The translations under genes and the position numbers were made by a program. A stretch of 63,917 bases of DNA, the filler included, from Candidatus Rokuibacteriota bacterium (GTDB lineage Bacteria > JAUVQV01 > DATDCY01): assembly GCA_031406795.1 (NCBI GenBank). It is 11 parts of 11 records of this genome, joined end to end, with 100 filler letters (N's around TTAATTAATTAA, not from the genome) between each part and the next. Parts side by side here need not be neighbours in the genome. Positions count along the whole stretch, not along the records: positions 4,951 to 14,888 come from JANOHV010000270.1; positions 14,989 to 22,978 come from JANOHV010000140.1; 9 more parts are not named here. The stretch is one strand, 5' to 3'. Shown here one piece after another: positions 10,687-20,226 of this stretch. The notes beneath the pieces were generated by a model. The model was not told where the DNA came from. It worked only from the letters and a program-made list of their open reading frames with translations, and did no database searches. The first letter of the stretch is position 1, and every line of letters starts with the position of its first letter.

Positions 10687-11298
10687 GTGGTTGCTGGCGG
10701 CGCGGGCCGGGCTGGCCGGCTGGCGGTCTCGCAAAAACCCGAGAGCCAGGACCTCCGCTTTGCCGGGGGCGCGAGCCATCGGGACCTCCTGGTGCGACGG
10801 CGGGCGATCTCGGCGCCCGGCCCGATCGTCGACATGTCGGGGTGCGTCCTGGGTCGGCATCCGGGGCTCTTCGGATTCACCGTCGGCCAGCGTTCCGGAC
10901 TGGGGGTGAGTGCGGGCCGTCCCGTGTATGTCGTCGCCAGGGATTTTGAAACCAACCGGCTCGTTGTTGGAGCCAAGGGGGAGTTGCTTGCGTCTTCCTG
11001 CACCGTCGAAGACGTGAACCTTCTGTTCTACAGACTGCCCGCACTGCTGACCGCCCGGATCCGCCACCGCGGGCGCGAGGTGCCCTGCACGGCGATCGTC
11101 GCCGGCGACTGCCTGACGGTCTCGTTCCTCGAACCCGCCGATGCCGTGGCCCCGGGCCAAGCGGTCGTTCTCTACGAGGGCGCCGTTGTCGTCGGGGGGG
11201 CACGATCAGCGTTGCCCACGGTCCTCGGGAAGCGGATCCAGCGAATCATGGTGGTCCGCAATAGGGTCCTCGGCCTGCGCCGGGCGGTGCTCCTGTGA
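10687..11298 (+). pseudogene. mnmA: tRNA 2-thiouridylase MnmA C-terminal fragment
   Basis: KPESQDLRF, GPIVD..G..LGRH.GLFGFTVGQRSGLG and AVAPGQAVVLY. The N-terminal SGGVDS domain is absent, and Arg stands where the catalytic Cys of SQDxCF is expected. Confidence 0.75.
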
Positions 11299-11339
11299 CT
11301 ATTGTTCCACCGTGTCAAGATAATAGTCACAAAGAAGGT

Positions 11340-11607
11340 ATATGCTTATCCGGTTGACGCAACGGACCACAACATCTGGGGTCGGGGGTGGCCAGTCGCC
11401 CGACAACGCTACTGCCGCGCTTTGGGCACCAGGACCCGTTGGGCCACCAGATCCTCGACAAGGCGTGGATGCTGGCGTCATCTTCGCGAAACAGGCGGTA
11501 GGACGCGCCGGGGGAGCACCTCACTGCGGGGAAAGTCACCTGGTTCTCCGCCACCCATGTATCGACGCAACATCTAGTGGCATGTTGCGTCAACCGGATA
11601 AGCATAT
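11340..11607. repeat. 268-bp segment bounded by perfect 24-bp inverted repeats
   Basis: ATATGCTTATCCGGTTGACGCAAC (11340-11363) and GTTGCGTCAACCGGATAAGCATAT (11584-11607). Confidence 0.85.
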
Positions 11608-11619
11608 TGTCTCCTGCCC

Positions 11620-11859
11620 GTCGACGAGCATTGGGGAGAAGACACGCGGCAGCCGGCTCTTCTTCGGGGGAAACTGGGGCGGGTGCCGTTCCTGGGCCGG
11701 CCGGTGTTCGGTGTGCTCACCGGGACGGAGGAGATTATCGCGGTCATCGGCGAGGCTCTGGCGTTCTTCCGTTTGCAGGGTCGTGCCCGCGAGCGCTTCG
11801 GCGACACGCTCCAGCGGGTGGGTTTCGAAGCGTTGGAGACGCACGCCGACGGCTGGTGA
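11620..11859 (+). pseudogene. Sulfite/nitrite reductase-like C-terminal fragment (frameshifted)
   Basis: GSRLFFGGNWG in one frame, then EEIIAVIGEALAFFRLQGRARERFGDTLQRVGFEAL in another. Confidence 0.6.
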
Positions 11860-11908
11860 GCATCACGAGGAGGCGCCGTCGTGAGCGGCGCGAGCGCGGT
11901 CCCCGTCC

Positions 11909-14888
11909 TCAGCCGCCAGCGGCCGGATCCGGCGCCGGAGTCGCCGGCGCCCCTCTCCCGGCGACGGCGTAGAGGACCGGCAATACGAGCAGGGTCAGCA
12001 GCGTGGAGGAGATGACGCCGCCGATGACCACCGTCGCCAGGGGGCGCTGAACTTCTGCGCCGATGCCGGTGTTGAGCGCCATGGGGATGAAACCCACGCT
12101 TGCCACGAGAGCGGTCATCAGCACGGGCCGCAGGCGCTGTTCGGCGGCCTGTTCGATGGCCGCTCGCAGCGTCGCGCCTCTTGCGAGCAGGTCGCGGATC
12201 GCGGAGACGAGAACCAACTCCCCGAGCACCGCGACCCCGGAGAGGGCGACCAGGCCGACTCCCGCGGAGATGCTGAACGGCAACCCGCGAAGCCAGAGCG
12301 CGGCGATGCCGCCGACCGCGGCGAACGGCACCCCGGTGAAGACCAGCGTCGCATCGAGCGCGCTCCCGTAGGTGAAATACAGCAGCGCGAAGATCAGCAC
12401 CAGCGCGATCGGCACGACGATCATCAGCCGCTTCTGCGCGCGCTGCAGGTTCTCGAACTGGCCGCCGAAGCGGACGAAGTAGCCGGCCGGGAGGGCGACC
12501 TTCTTCTCGATGGCGGCCGAGGCCTCGGCGACGAAGCTTCCGACGTCGCGCCCCCGGACGTTGACCTGGACGACCACGCGCCGCCGGGCCCACTCGCGGT
12601 TGATCGTCGACGGTCCCTCGGTCTGCTTGATCCTTGCGAGGCCCGCGAGCGGGATTCGCCCGCCACCGGCGGTCGCGACCATGATGTGGCCGAGGCCCTC
12701 GGGGCTCATCCGGTACCGGTCCTCCAGGCGCACGACGATCGGGAATCGCCGATCGCCCTCCTGCACCATGCCCGCCTCGAGACCGCCAAGCGCTTCGACG
12801 GCTTCGAGCACCTCATGTGAAGGGATGCCGTGGCGGGCCGCGGCGTCGCGGTCCACCTCCACCTGGACGAGCGGCTGGCCCGTCACCTGCTCGACGCTGA
12901 CATCGGCGGCGCCGGGGATCGCCTTGAGCACGCCCTCGATTTCCCGGGCTTTCGCCTTGAGAATCTCGAAATCGTCCCCGAAGAGCTTGACGCCGACGTC
13001 GGAGCGGATGCCGGCGATCATCTCGTTGACCCGCATCTCGATCGGCTGCGTGAAGATCATCCGCATGCCGGGCAGGGCGTCCAGCTCCTTCTCCATCGCG
13101 GTGACGAGTGTGCCCTGGGTCGCTGCCCGCTTCCACCGCTCGCGCGGGTGCAGGGTGATGAAGATGTCGGAGAGCTCGACACCCATGGGGTCCGTCGCCA
13201 CTTCGGCGCTCCCGGTCCGGGTCCAGATGCGCTCGATCTCGTCGGGGAATTTCTCCAGCAGGGCGCGCTCGAGCAGCGTCCCGTAGCGCACCGACTCGTC
13301 CACGGAGACGCTCGCGAGCCGGACTGTGTTGATCACGATCGAGCCCTCCATGAGCCGGGGGACGAACTCCGATCCGAGCCGGGTGGCCAGCAAGCCCGCT
13401 CCCACGAGACAGGCGATCGCCGTCCCGAGCACCGCAATGCGCTGCCGCAGTGCGAATTGAAGAACCGGTCGATAGCCGGCCTTGAGCCAGCGGATCAGGA
13501 ACAGCTCCTTCTCGCCGGTTTTGCGGCTCAGGCCGAGGCTCGCGAGCACCGGCATCAGCGTCAGCGAGAGCGCCATCGAGCCGAGCAACGCGAAGATCAC
13601 CGTGAGCGCCATCGGCCGGAAGAGCTTCCCCTCCACGCCCTGGAGCGCGAGGATCGGCAGATAGACGATCATGATGATCAGCTCGCCGAACATCGTCGGT
13701 TTGCGCACTTCGATGGCCGCCTCGCGCACGACGTCGATGACGTTGCGGCCGCTGCGGTCCTCCCCGAGCCGGCGCGCGGAATTCTCGACCATGATCACCG
13801 AGCTGTCGACGATCAGCCCGAAATCGATCGCGCCGAGACTCATCAGGCTCCCGGCGATTCCGGCCCGGAGCATCAAGTCGAACGCGAAGAGCATCGAGAT
13901 CGGTATCGCCGCCGCCACGATCAGCCCGGCGCGCAGATTCCCCAGGAAGACGAAGAGCACGGCGATCACGAGAATGGCCCCTTCGAACAGGTTCTTCTCG
14001 ACCGTGTGCAGCACCTGATCGACCAGCGTTGTGCGGTCGTAGACGGTCGCGACCTCGATCCCGGCGGGAAGGGTCTTCCTGACCTCGTCGAGGCGGGCCT
14101 TGAGCCTCGTGGTCACCTCCCGGCTGTTTTCGCCCATGAGCATGAACCCGAGCCCCAGAACCGCCTCGCCCTTCCCGCCGGCCGTGACTGCGCCGCGGCG
14201 GATCTCGCGGCCTTCCACGACGCGCGCGACGTCGCGCACGCGCACCGGCACGCCTTCGCGCGCGAACAGGACGATGTTCTCGAGATCCGCGGCGCCGGTC
14301 ACGATCCCGACCCCCTGGATCAGGTGCGATTCACCGGCCTCGTCGATCGTGCCGCCGCCGACGTTCGCGTTGTTCGCTTCGACGGCCTCGACGAGGGCGG
14401 CCAGCGTCAGGCCGCGCCGGCCCAGCTCCTCCGGGTCGACGAGGATCTCCAGCCGGCGCTCGTCGCCGCCCCAGGTGTTGACCTCGGCGACGCCCGGGAC
14501 AGCGCTCATGCGCGGCTTCACGACCCAGTCGTGCACGCTTCGCAACTCGGCCAGCGTCCTGTCCTTGCCGCTGACGAGGTAGTGGAAGACCTCGCCGAGG
14601 CCGGTCGCCACGGGGCCGAGTTCGGGCCTGTCGATCCCGGACGGCAGTTCGACCCCCTGCACCCGTTCCATGACCACCTGGCGAGACAGATAGATGTCGG
14701 TGCCGTCCTCGAAGATGACCGTGACCTGGGAGAGGCCGAATTTCGAGATGGACCGGACCTCCCTGAGCTTTGGGAGCCCCGAGATCGCCTGCTCCAGCGG
14801 CGCGGTCACCTGCCGTTCGATCTCGAATGGCGAGAGTGCCGAGGCCACCGTGTTGATCTGCACCTGGACCGGCGTGGTGTCCGGGAAC
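11909..14888 (-). CDS. czcA: Heavy-metal RND efflux pump, CzcA/CusA family (5'-truncated)
   Basis: SLGAIDFGLIVD, GVEGKLFRPMA, RLRPVLMTA and GAEVQRPLATVVIGG motifs. Confidence 0.92.
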
Positions 14889-15067
14889 NNNNNNNNNNNN
14901 NNNNNNNNNNNNNNNNNNNNNNNNNNNNNNNNTTAATTAATTAANNNNNNNNNNNNNNNNNNNNNNNNNNNNNNNNNNNNNNNNNNNNTTTTCGTCTTCG
15001 CTCTCATCTGCCTTTTCCCCTTGTTCTGGTTGCAAAACCTGTCGGAACGGTTAGATTATTCCCCACC

Positions 15068-15232
15068 ATGACTGCGCTTGCAAGCAAATCCGTCGGCATC
15101 TGGATCCGGTCTGTACTGAAGACCAGCCCCGTAGCGACAGCCCTGAGCACCACGAGAAGCGCCCGGTATTAGGCAGAAGCCAAGCGCTGGCGCGTCCGGG
15201 AGGTCTACCACGTGGAGGCGGTTTTCGGGAAA
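15068..15232 (+). pseudogene. Degenerate 5' remnant of a serine recombinase
   Basis: GTCGGCATCTGGATCCGG...GAGCACCACGAGAAGCGC...GAGGTCTACCAC closely parallels 16993-17137 but has frameshifts and a stop. Confidence 0.85.
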
Positions 15233-15311
15233 AAGGTCTTCGGTTATACCTGACCAGGTGCAGATGCGCTTAGAAACAATCTGACTGGCCTAATGTGTTG
15301 ACCACTTCCGA

Positions 15312-15339
15312 GGGTGGGTCATGGACGAATGACCCACCC
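15312..15339 (-). terminator. Hairpin, probable terminator after the DUF1508 gene
   Basis: GGGTGGGTCAT-GGACGA-ATGACCCACCC, a perfect 11-bp stem. No strong U-tract. Confidence 0.55.
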
Positions 15340-15352
15340 CCTGTTCATTCAC

Positions 15353-15523
15353 TCAATCTTCCCGGATCGGCGCCGCCGCGGACCCCTTCACCAACTGAAT
15401 CGCCGCCTGACAATCGGCCTTGTTGTTGTACCCCTCGCCAGCGTTGGCGATCTTCCTGTTGTTCGCAGCCTGAAGGTACCAACGCCACTGACCGTTCGCG
15501 TCTTTGTAGATGTGATACTCCAT
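15353..15523 (-). CDS. DUF1508/YegP-family small protein (56 aa, absent from the ORF track)
   Basis: AAGGAGG RBS. MEYHIYKDANGQWRWYLQAANNRKIANAGEGYNNKADCQAAIQLVK. Confidence 0.85.
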   Translation of the reverse strand: MEYHIYKDANGQWRWYLQAANNRKIANAGEGYNNKADCQAAIQLVKGSAAAPIRED

Positions 15524-15575
15524 CGTCGACCTCCTTCTCGCTTCTTTGTTGATTCAAGCTCCGCCTACGTCCTTA

Positions 15576-15806
15576 CTAGTACTTCTTGTCCCTCGGAGGC
15601 ATCGGATCGTTACCGTAGCTATCTTTGTCTCGAATCTTTGCGTCCCTCCCGTGGATCACCACTTCGCTCCTCTGATTCTTCGCAATCTCTGTGGCGCGTT
15701 CGATAGCCTCCTTCTGCGTTGGCTTGATCGACGTATCACGCTGATTGCCCGCACCGAGCACTGCCCATCCATCCGGCCTTTTCACTACGTGCTGATTCTT
15801 TCCCAT
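15576..15806 (-). CDS. DUF2188-family protein
   Basis: NQHVV...GWAV...TQKEAI..A..IAKNQ.SEV.IHGRD.KIR.KDSYGNDP.PP signature. AAGGAG RBS. Confidence 0.9.
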   Translation of the reverse strand: MGKNQHVVKRPDGWAVLGAGNQRDTSIKPTQKEAIERATEIAKNQRSEVVIHGRDAKIRDKDSYGNDPMPPRDKKY

Positions 15807-15875
15807 GAAATTTCTCCTTTCTCATGGTGTTGGCACACGTTAGCATACAGTGACTAACACTTCAAGCAAAAAAAA

Positions 15876-16571
15876 TCACAGCTCCAGCTGGCACGATTCG
15901 ACATACAGCTCTTTTAGTCTGATTTCCGCCACGACAGGGTTGACCTCAAAGGCATCGGCAACAAGAACCTTGGCCCGTAAAAACATGTCAGGGGGAAGGC
16001 ACTTCCGCCCCATCGAGCCGGCTTCTTCCAAGAGTTGTCCAAGAGCCAACTCAAGAAGCTGATTCGGCAGGAGCAATCCACCGATGGCTCGGTTAGCTTG
16101 GTATTCCCACCATTTACCACCGGTTCCATTCTGTTCGAAATCACCGCGCCTGCACATGATCCTACTATTCCTAAAATCGAGATTCTCAGTCTGAGGAAGT
16201 CCAATCTGACCGCTGCCCTCTATGAAGAGAATCTGGTGCAACAGGCCATGCCCAGCCTCGTGAGCGAGGGTAGAGCGCACCCGACGCCGCCCAATCTGAG
16301 TACCGTCGTACAGAGAAGAGGCTACGCCAACCCTCTTCACTGTACCTTCCTTATCAAATACCGTGCATCCGAGGACTCCATCCGAGAAGTCGGTATATTC
16401 GATATGACTCTCGAACCTTTTCTCGATAAACCGCTCTACTCGAATGGGGCACGGCTCTTTCGGGAGTAATCCGACATCTGCCAAAGCTTCACAGCAGATC
16501 CTATCAATTTCATCTTTTGGAAAGAACAGCCTTTCTTTGTACTGGCCGAATGGACTGTATGCAATCTTCAT
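15876..16571 (-). CDS. ImmA/IrrE-family metallopeptidase
   Basis: RSTLAHEAGH (HExxH) and EYQAN...LLLP motifs. Directly downstream of the XRE gene. Confidence 0.85.
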   Translation of the reverse strand: MKIAYSPFGQYKERLFFPKDEIDRICCEALADVGLLPKEPCPIRVERFIEKRFESHIEYTDFSDGVLGCTVFDKEGTVKRVGVASSLYDGTQIGRRRVRSTLAHEAGHGLLHQILFIEGSGQIGLPQTENLDFRNSRIMCRRGDFEQNGTGGKWWEYQANRAIGGLLLPNQLLELALGQLLEEAGSMGRKCLPPDMFLRAKVLVADAFEVNPVVAEIRLKELYVESCQLEL

Positions 16572-16927
16572 TACTTCTTCTTAGAAGTTGCCTGCTTCAA
16601 AAATGCATCGGCCGTCAATTGGCCACTCTTCAACTGCTCAGCAGTGGTTCGAAAGGCAAGTCCGACTGTGGGATCCGACTGAATCAAGCGCTTGATGGAA
16701 GCATACACTTCTCGATGGTCGTACTTCTTTAGTTCGCTTAATGAAGTCCCAAGCACTTCCGCAAGTCTCTCTAGCTTCGGATCGGATGGATATCTTCGGC
16801 CATACTCGACATCTGAGAGGAATGGAGCGCTCACTTCAACCTTTGTAGCCAACTCCCTTAAGGACATGTCTTTCTTATCCCTAAGCTCCCGAATTACTTC
16901 TCCTAGTGTCTTGCTTTTTATATTCAT
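16571..16927 (-). CDS. XRE-family HTH transcriptional regulator
   Basis: IRELRDKKDMSLRELATKVEVSAPFLSDVEYGRRYPS. Upstream TTGACT-17-TAAGCT promoter. Confidence 0.92.
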   Translation of the reverse strand: MNIKSKTLGEVIRELRDKKDMSLRELATKVEVSAPFLSDVEYGRRYPSDPKLERLAEVLGTSLSELKKYDHREVYASIKRLIQSDPTVGLAFRTTAEQLKSGQLTADAFLKQATSKKK

Positions 16928-16973
16928 AGTCCATAAGCTTATTCAGGCTTACAGTCGAAGTCAAGGGGCGCTT

Positions 16974-18476
16974 ATGAAAGAGACTACTAAGAACGTCGGC
17001 ATCTGGATCCGGGTCTCAACCGAGGACCAAGCCCGAGGCGATAGCCCCGAGCACCACGAGAAGCGCGCACGACACTACGCCGAGGCTAAGGGCTGGCGCG
17101 TCAAAGAGGTCTACCACCTGGAAGCAGTCTCCGGCAAAGCCGTGTCCGCCCACCCCGAGACCAAACGGATGCTGGAGCATATCCGCTTAGGACACATCAC
17201 CGGACTGATCTTCTCCAAACTTGCACGCCTCGCCAGGAACACCCGGGAGCTCTTGGATTTCTCGGACTACTTCAGGGAGCACAACGCCGACCTCATCTCC
17301 CTCCAGGAATCCATCGACACCTCCACCCCTGCCGGCCGGCTCTTCTACACGATGATCGCCGCCATGGCCCAGTGGGAACGAGAGGAAATCGCCGATCGGG
17401 TAGCAGCCTCCGTCCCCATCCGGGCCAAGCTCGGCAAGAAGATCGCCGGCGCGGCATGCTTTGGCTACCAGTACAAGGAGAGCAAGTTCTCCCCTCACCC
17501 GGAAGAGGCGCCAGTCCGAAAGCTGATCTACGAACTCTTCCTCGAACACAAACGGAAGAAGTCCGTCGCCCGCATCCTCAACGAACGAGGATACCGGACC
17601 CGGAATGGGTCCCAGTTCTCCGACACGACAGTCTCCCGGCTCCTCCGGGATTCCACCGCCATGGGTATCTATCGGGCGAACTACTCCAAGAGCCTTGGCG
17701 ACGGCAAGAAGTGGGTCTTGAAGCCCAAGGAGGACTGGGTCTTCATCAAGGTCGAACCGATCGTCTCGGAAGAGATCTGGAAGGAGTGCAACGCCATCCT
17801 GGACGACCAGGAGAAGCGAAACCGCCGACCCGCCAAGAAGGCCGTCCACCTCTTCACCGGGTTTGCCTATTGTGACTGCGGGAACAAACTCTATGTCCCC
17901 TCCGAATCAAAAAAGTACATCTGCTACAAGTGCCGGAACAAGATCGGGGTGGCCGACCTGGAAGAGATCTTCCATACCCAGCTCCGTGAGTTCTTCATGT
18001 CACCAACCGAGATCACCGGGTATCTCGCGACGGCCGACCAGGTGATCCGGGAAAAGGAGGAACTCCTCCGAGCACTGGAAGAAGAGAAGAAGAAAACCGA
18101 GAAGGATCGCGACCGAGTCTTCCGCTCCTACCTCGACGAAGAAATTGACGTCAGGACTTACGGGAGCCAGTTTCGTCCAATGGAGGAAAGAGTCCGCCAG
18201 ATCGAAGACCAGATCCCAGAGATCCAAGGAGAGATCGACTTCCTAAAGATCCAGTACCTTTCCTCCGACCGGATCCTCTTCGAAGCCCGGGACCTCTACT
18301 CCCGCTGGCCTCAACTGGCCAGCGAAGAAAAACGCCAAATCATTGAAAACATTACCGACAAAATCCTCGTCGGCAAAGAAGACATCAGCATCAATCTATG
18401 TTATCTCCCTATCTCTTCAGAGAAGACCGCAGAAAGGCAACGCAGTCACAGGGATTCATCGCCGCGGCGAGCATGA
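16974..18476 (+). CDS. Large serine recombinase/integrase
   Basis: IRVSTEDQ (catalytic Ser), SKLARLARN, recombinase domain, Zn ribbon CDCG...YICYKC and a coiled coil. Confidence 0.93.
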   Translation: MKETTKNVGIWIRVSTEDQARGDSPEHHEKRARHYAEAKGWRVKEVYHLEAVSGKAVSAHPETKRMLEHIRLGHITGLIFSKLARLARNTRELLDFSDYFREHNADLISLQESIDTSTPAGRLFYTMIAAMAQWEREEIADRVAASVPIRAKLGKKIAGAACFGYQYKESKFSPHPEEAPVRKLIYELFLEHKRKKSVARILNERGYRTRNGSQFSDTTVSRLLRDSTAMGIYRANYSKSLGDGKKWVLKPKEDWVFIKVEPIVSEEIWKECNAILDDQEKRNRRPAKKAVHLFTGFAYCDCGNKLYVPSESKKYICYKCRNKIGVADLEEIFHTQLREFFMSPTEITGYLATADQVIREKEELLRALEEEKKKTEKDRDRVFRSYLDEEIDVRTYGSQFRPMEERVRQIEDQIPEIQGEIDFLKIQYLSSDRILFEARDLYSRWPQLASEEKRQIIENITDKILVGKEDISINLCYLPISSEKTAERQRSHRDSSPRRA

Positions 18477-19497
18477 AGCGGGCCGGGTAAGTCAACGTGA
18501 GCGCCGCACGGGCGATGGTCACCTCCCCGGCCTCCATGGGTTGGCGCAAGTTCTCGAGGACCCGGCGCGGGAACTCCGGCAGTTCGTCGAGGAACAACAC
18601 CCCGTTGTGGGCGAGGCTGACCTCGCCGGGCCGTGGGTGCGAGCCGCCGCCGATGAGCCCGGCGTTGCTCACGGTGTGATGGGGTGCTCGGAACGGGCGC
18701 CGGCGCACGAGCGGCCTCTCGGGAGATACAAGTCCAGCCACCGAGTGAATCCTGGTGGTCTCGAGCGCCTCCTCGAACGAGAGCGGCGGCAGAATCCCCG
18801 GCAGGCAGCGGGTCAGCAGCGTCTTGCCCGACCCAGGCGGGCCGACAAAAAGCAGATTGTGCCCGCCGGCGGCCGCAATCTCCAGTGCCCGGCGGGCGAA
18901 CTCCTGGCCGCGCACATCCTCGAGAGCGCCGTCACCGGCCACGGCGTTGTCTTCCTGTTCTGCCGATTGAGCCCGCACCAGCACCTGTTCGCCGTTGAGG
19001 AACGCCGCCACCTCGGCGAGTGTGCGCGCGGGGTAAACCTCGATCTCGCGCACGAGCGCCGCCTCGGCCGCGTTTTCCGGCGGCAGGACCAACCCCCGAA
19101 AGCCTCCCGCGCGCGCCGCCAGCGCCATGGGCAGCACCCCACGCACCGGTTTCAAACCGCCGTCGAGCGAAAGTTCCGCGACGAGAAGCAGGTCGGCTGC
19201 CACCTCGGCGTTCGCCAGACCCTGGGCCGCGAGCAACCCAATAGCGATCGCGAGGTCGAAGGAACTGCCCTCCTTGCGCAGGTCGGCGGGGGCCAGGTTC
19301 ACCGTTACCCTGGCCGCCGGGAAGGGAAACCCCGAGTTCATGATCGCCGAGCGGACGCGATCCCGGCTCTCCCGCACCGCTTCGTCCGGTAGTCCCACGG
19401 TGGCGAACGAGGGCAACCCGGACTGGAGATCCGCCTCGACGAGCACCGGGAACGCCTGCACGCCGAGCACGGCGGCGGCACGGACGCGGGCGAGCAC
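18448..19497 (-). pseudogene. comM: ComM/YifB Mg-chelatase-like ATPase, 5' part, interrupted
   Basis: [29 protein letters not shown] and LFLDELPEF. Homology stops at AAMNPC instead of continuing PCG. Confidence 0.9.
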
Positions 19498-19498
19498 G

Positions 19499-19894
19499 TC
19501 ACCAACTCCCGCTTGCCGGAAAAGCATTGCGGAAATGGCGCACGCGTTTTGCGCCGGAGTCATCCCAGTCGACAGCCACGACGTCGAACCGCGCCGGCCG
19601 GCCGAGCCAGCCCCGCCGCTGCAGGTACCACGCCGCCAACCGCGTCAATCGCCGCTGTTTGGCGGGGGTGACCATCTCCTCCGGCGCCCCGTACCGCCGG
19701 CCCCGATTCCCCTTCACCTCGACGAAGACGATCACCCCGGCATCGATCGCGACCAGATCGATCTCGCCGAGCCGACAGCGCACATTCGCCTCGACGATGC
19801 GATAGCCGCAACCATCGAGGTGCCGCGCCGCCGAGGACTCGCCCGCCGCCCCGAGCGCCCGGCGAGGGTCGCCGGCGCCTGTCGCCTCAGCCAT
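19499..19894 (-). CDS. yraN: YraN-family protein (UPF0102)
   Basis: GEIDLV, VFVEVK and RFDVVAV motifs. Usual position upstream of comM. Confidence 0.92.
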   Translation of the reverse strand: MAEATGAGDPRRALGAAGESSAARHLDGCGYRIVEANVRCRLGEIDLVAIDAGVIVFVEVKGNRGRRYGAPEEMVTPAKQRRLTRLAAWYLQRRGWLGRPARFDVVAVDWDDSGAKRVRHFRNAFPASGSW

Positions 19895-20226
19895 GCCGCG
19901 CACCCTCCTGCTGAGTCGAGATGCAAGAGACACGCCTGAAGACTGCGGGGCAAGCCCCGCTCTGGAAACGCAGCGTATTTCTGCTGATTTCCCGGTGTCG
20001 GTCCTCCGAGCCGCCGAGGGGGACCCGATGCGATCGACCACTGACTCGGTAATACGTTCCCCGGAGGCGCAGGAACCAGCCCAGAGCTGCTCCCGGGCGC
20101 CCACTCCGCCTCGCACTTGGAAACGGTGACAATCACGGACTCCCTTTACTTCACCCGTCGGGAGCGGCTACATTGTTTCACACGGGCAATCTCGCCCGTC
20201 ACGGCGAGCGGGGGCACACTTCGACC

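Larger units (their letters stand above)
14989..18447. mobile_element. Integrative element inserted in comM (one end visible)
   Basis: Visibly lower GC, an integrase abutting the truncated comM at MNPC|, and an XRE/ImmA regulatory pair. Confidence 0.8.

Noticed and set aside
16692-16973. N-terminal extension of the integrase shown in the ORF track
   Set aside because: It overlaps the XRE gene on the opposite strand. Homology starts at ATG 16974.
19895-20226. Possible ncRNA (RNase P, 6S or riboswitch) between yraN and relA
   Set aside because: No conserved motif such as GAGGAAAGTCC was recognised. An Rfam search would be needed.
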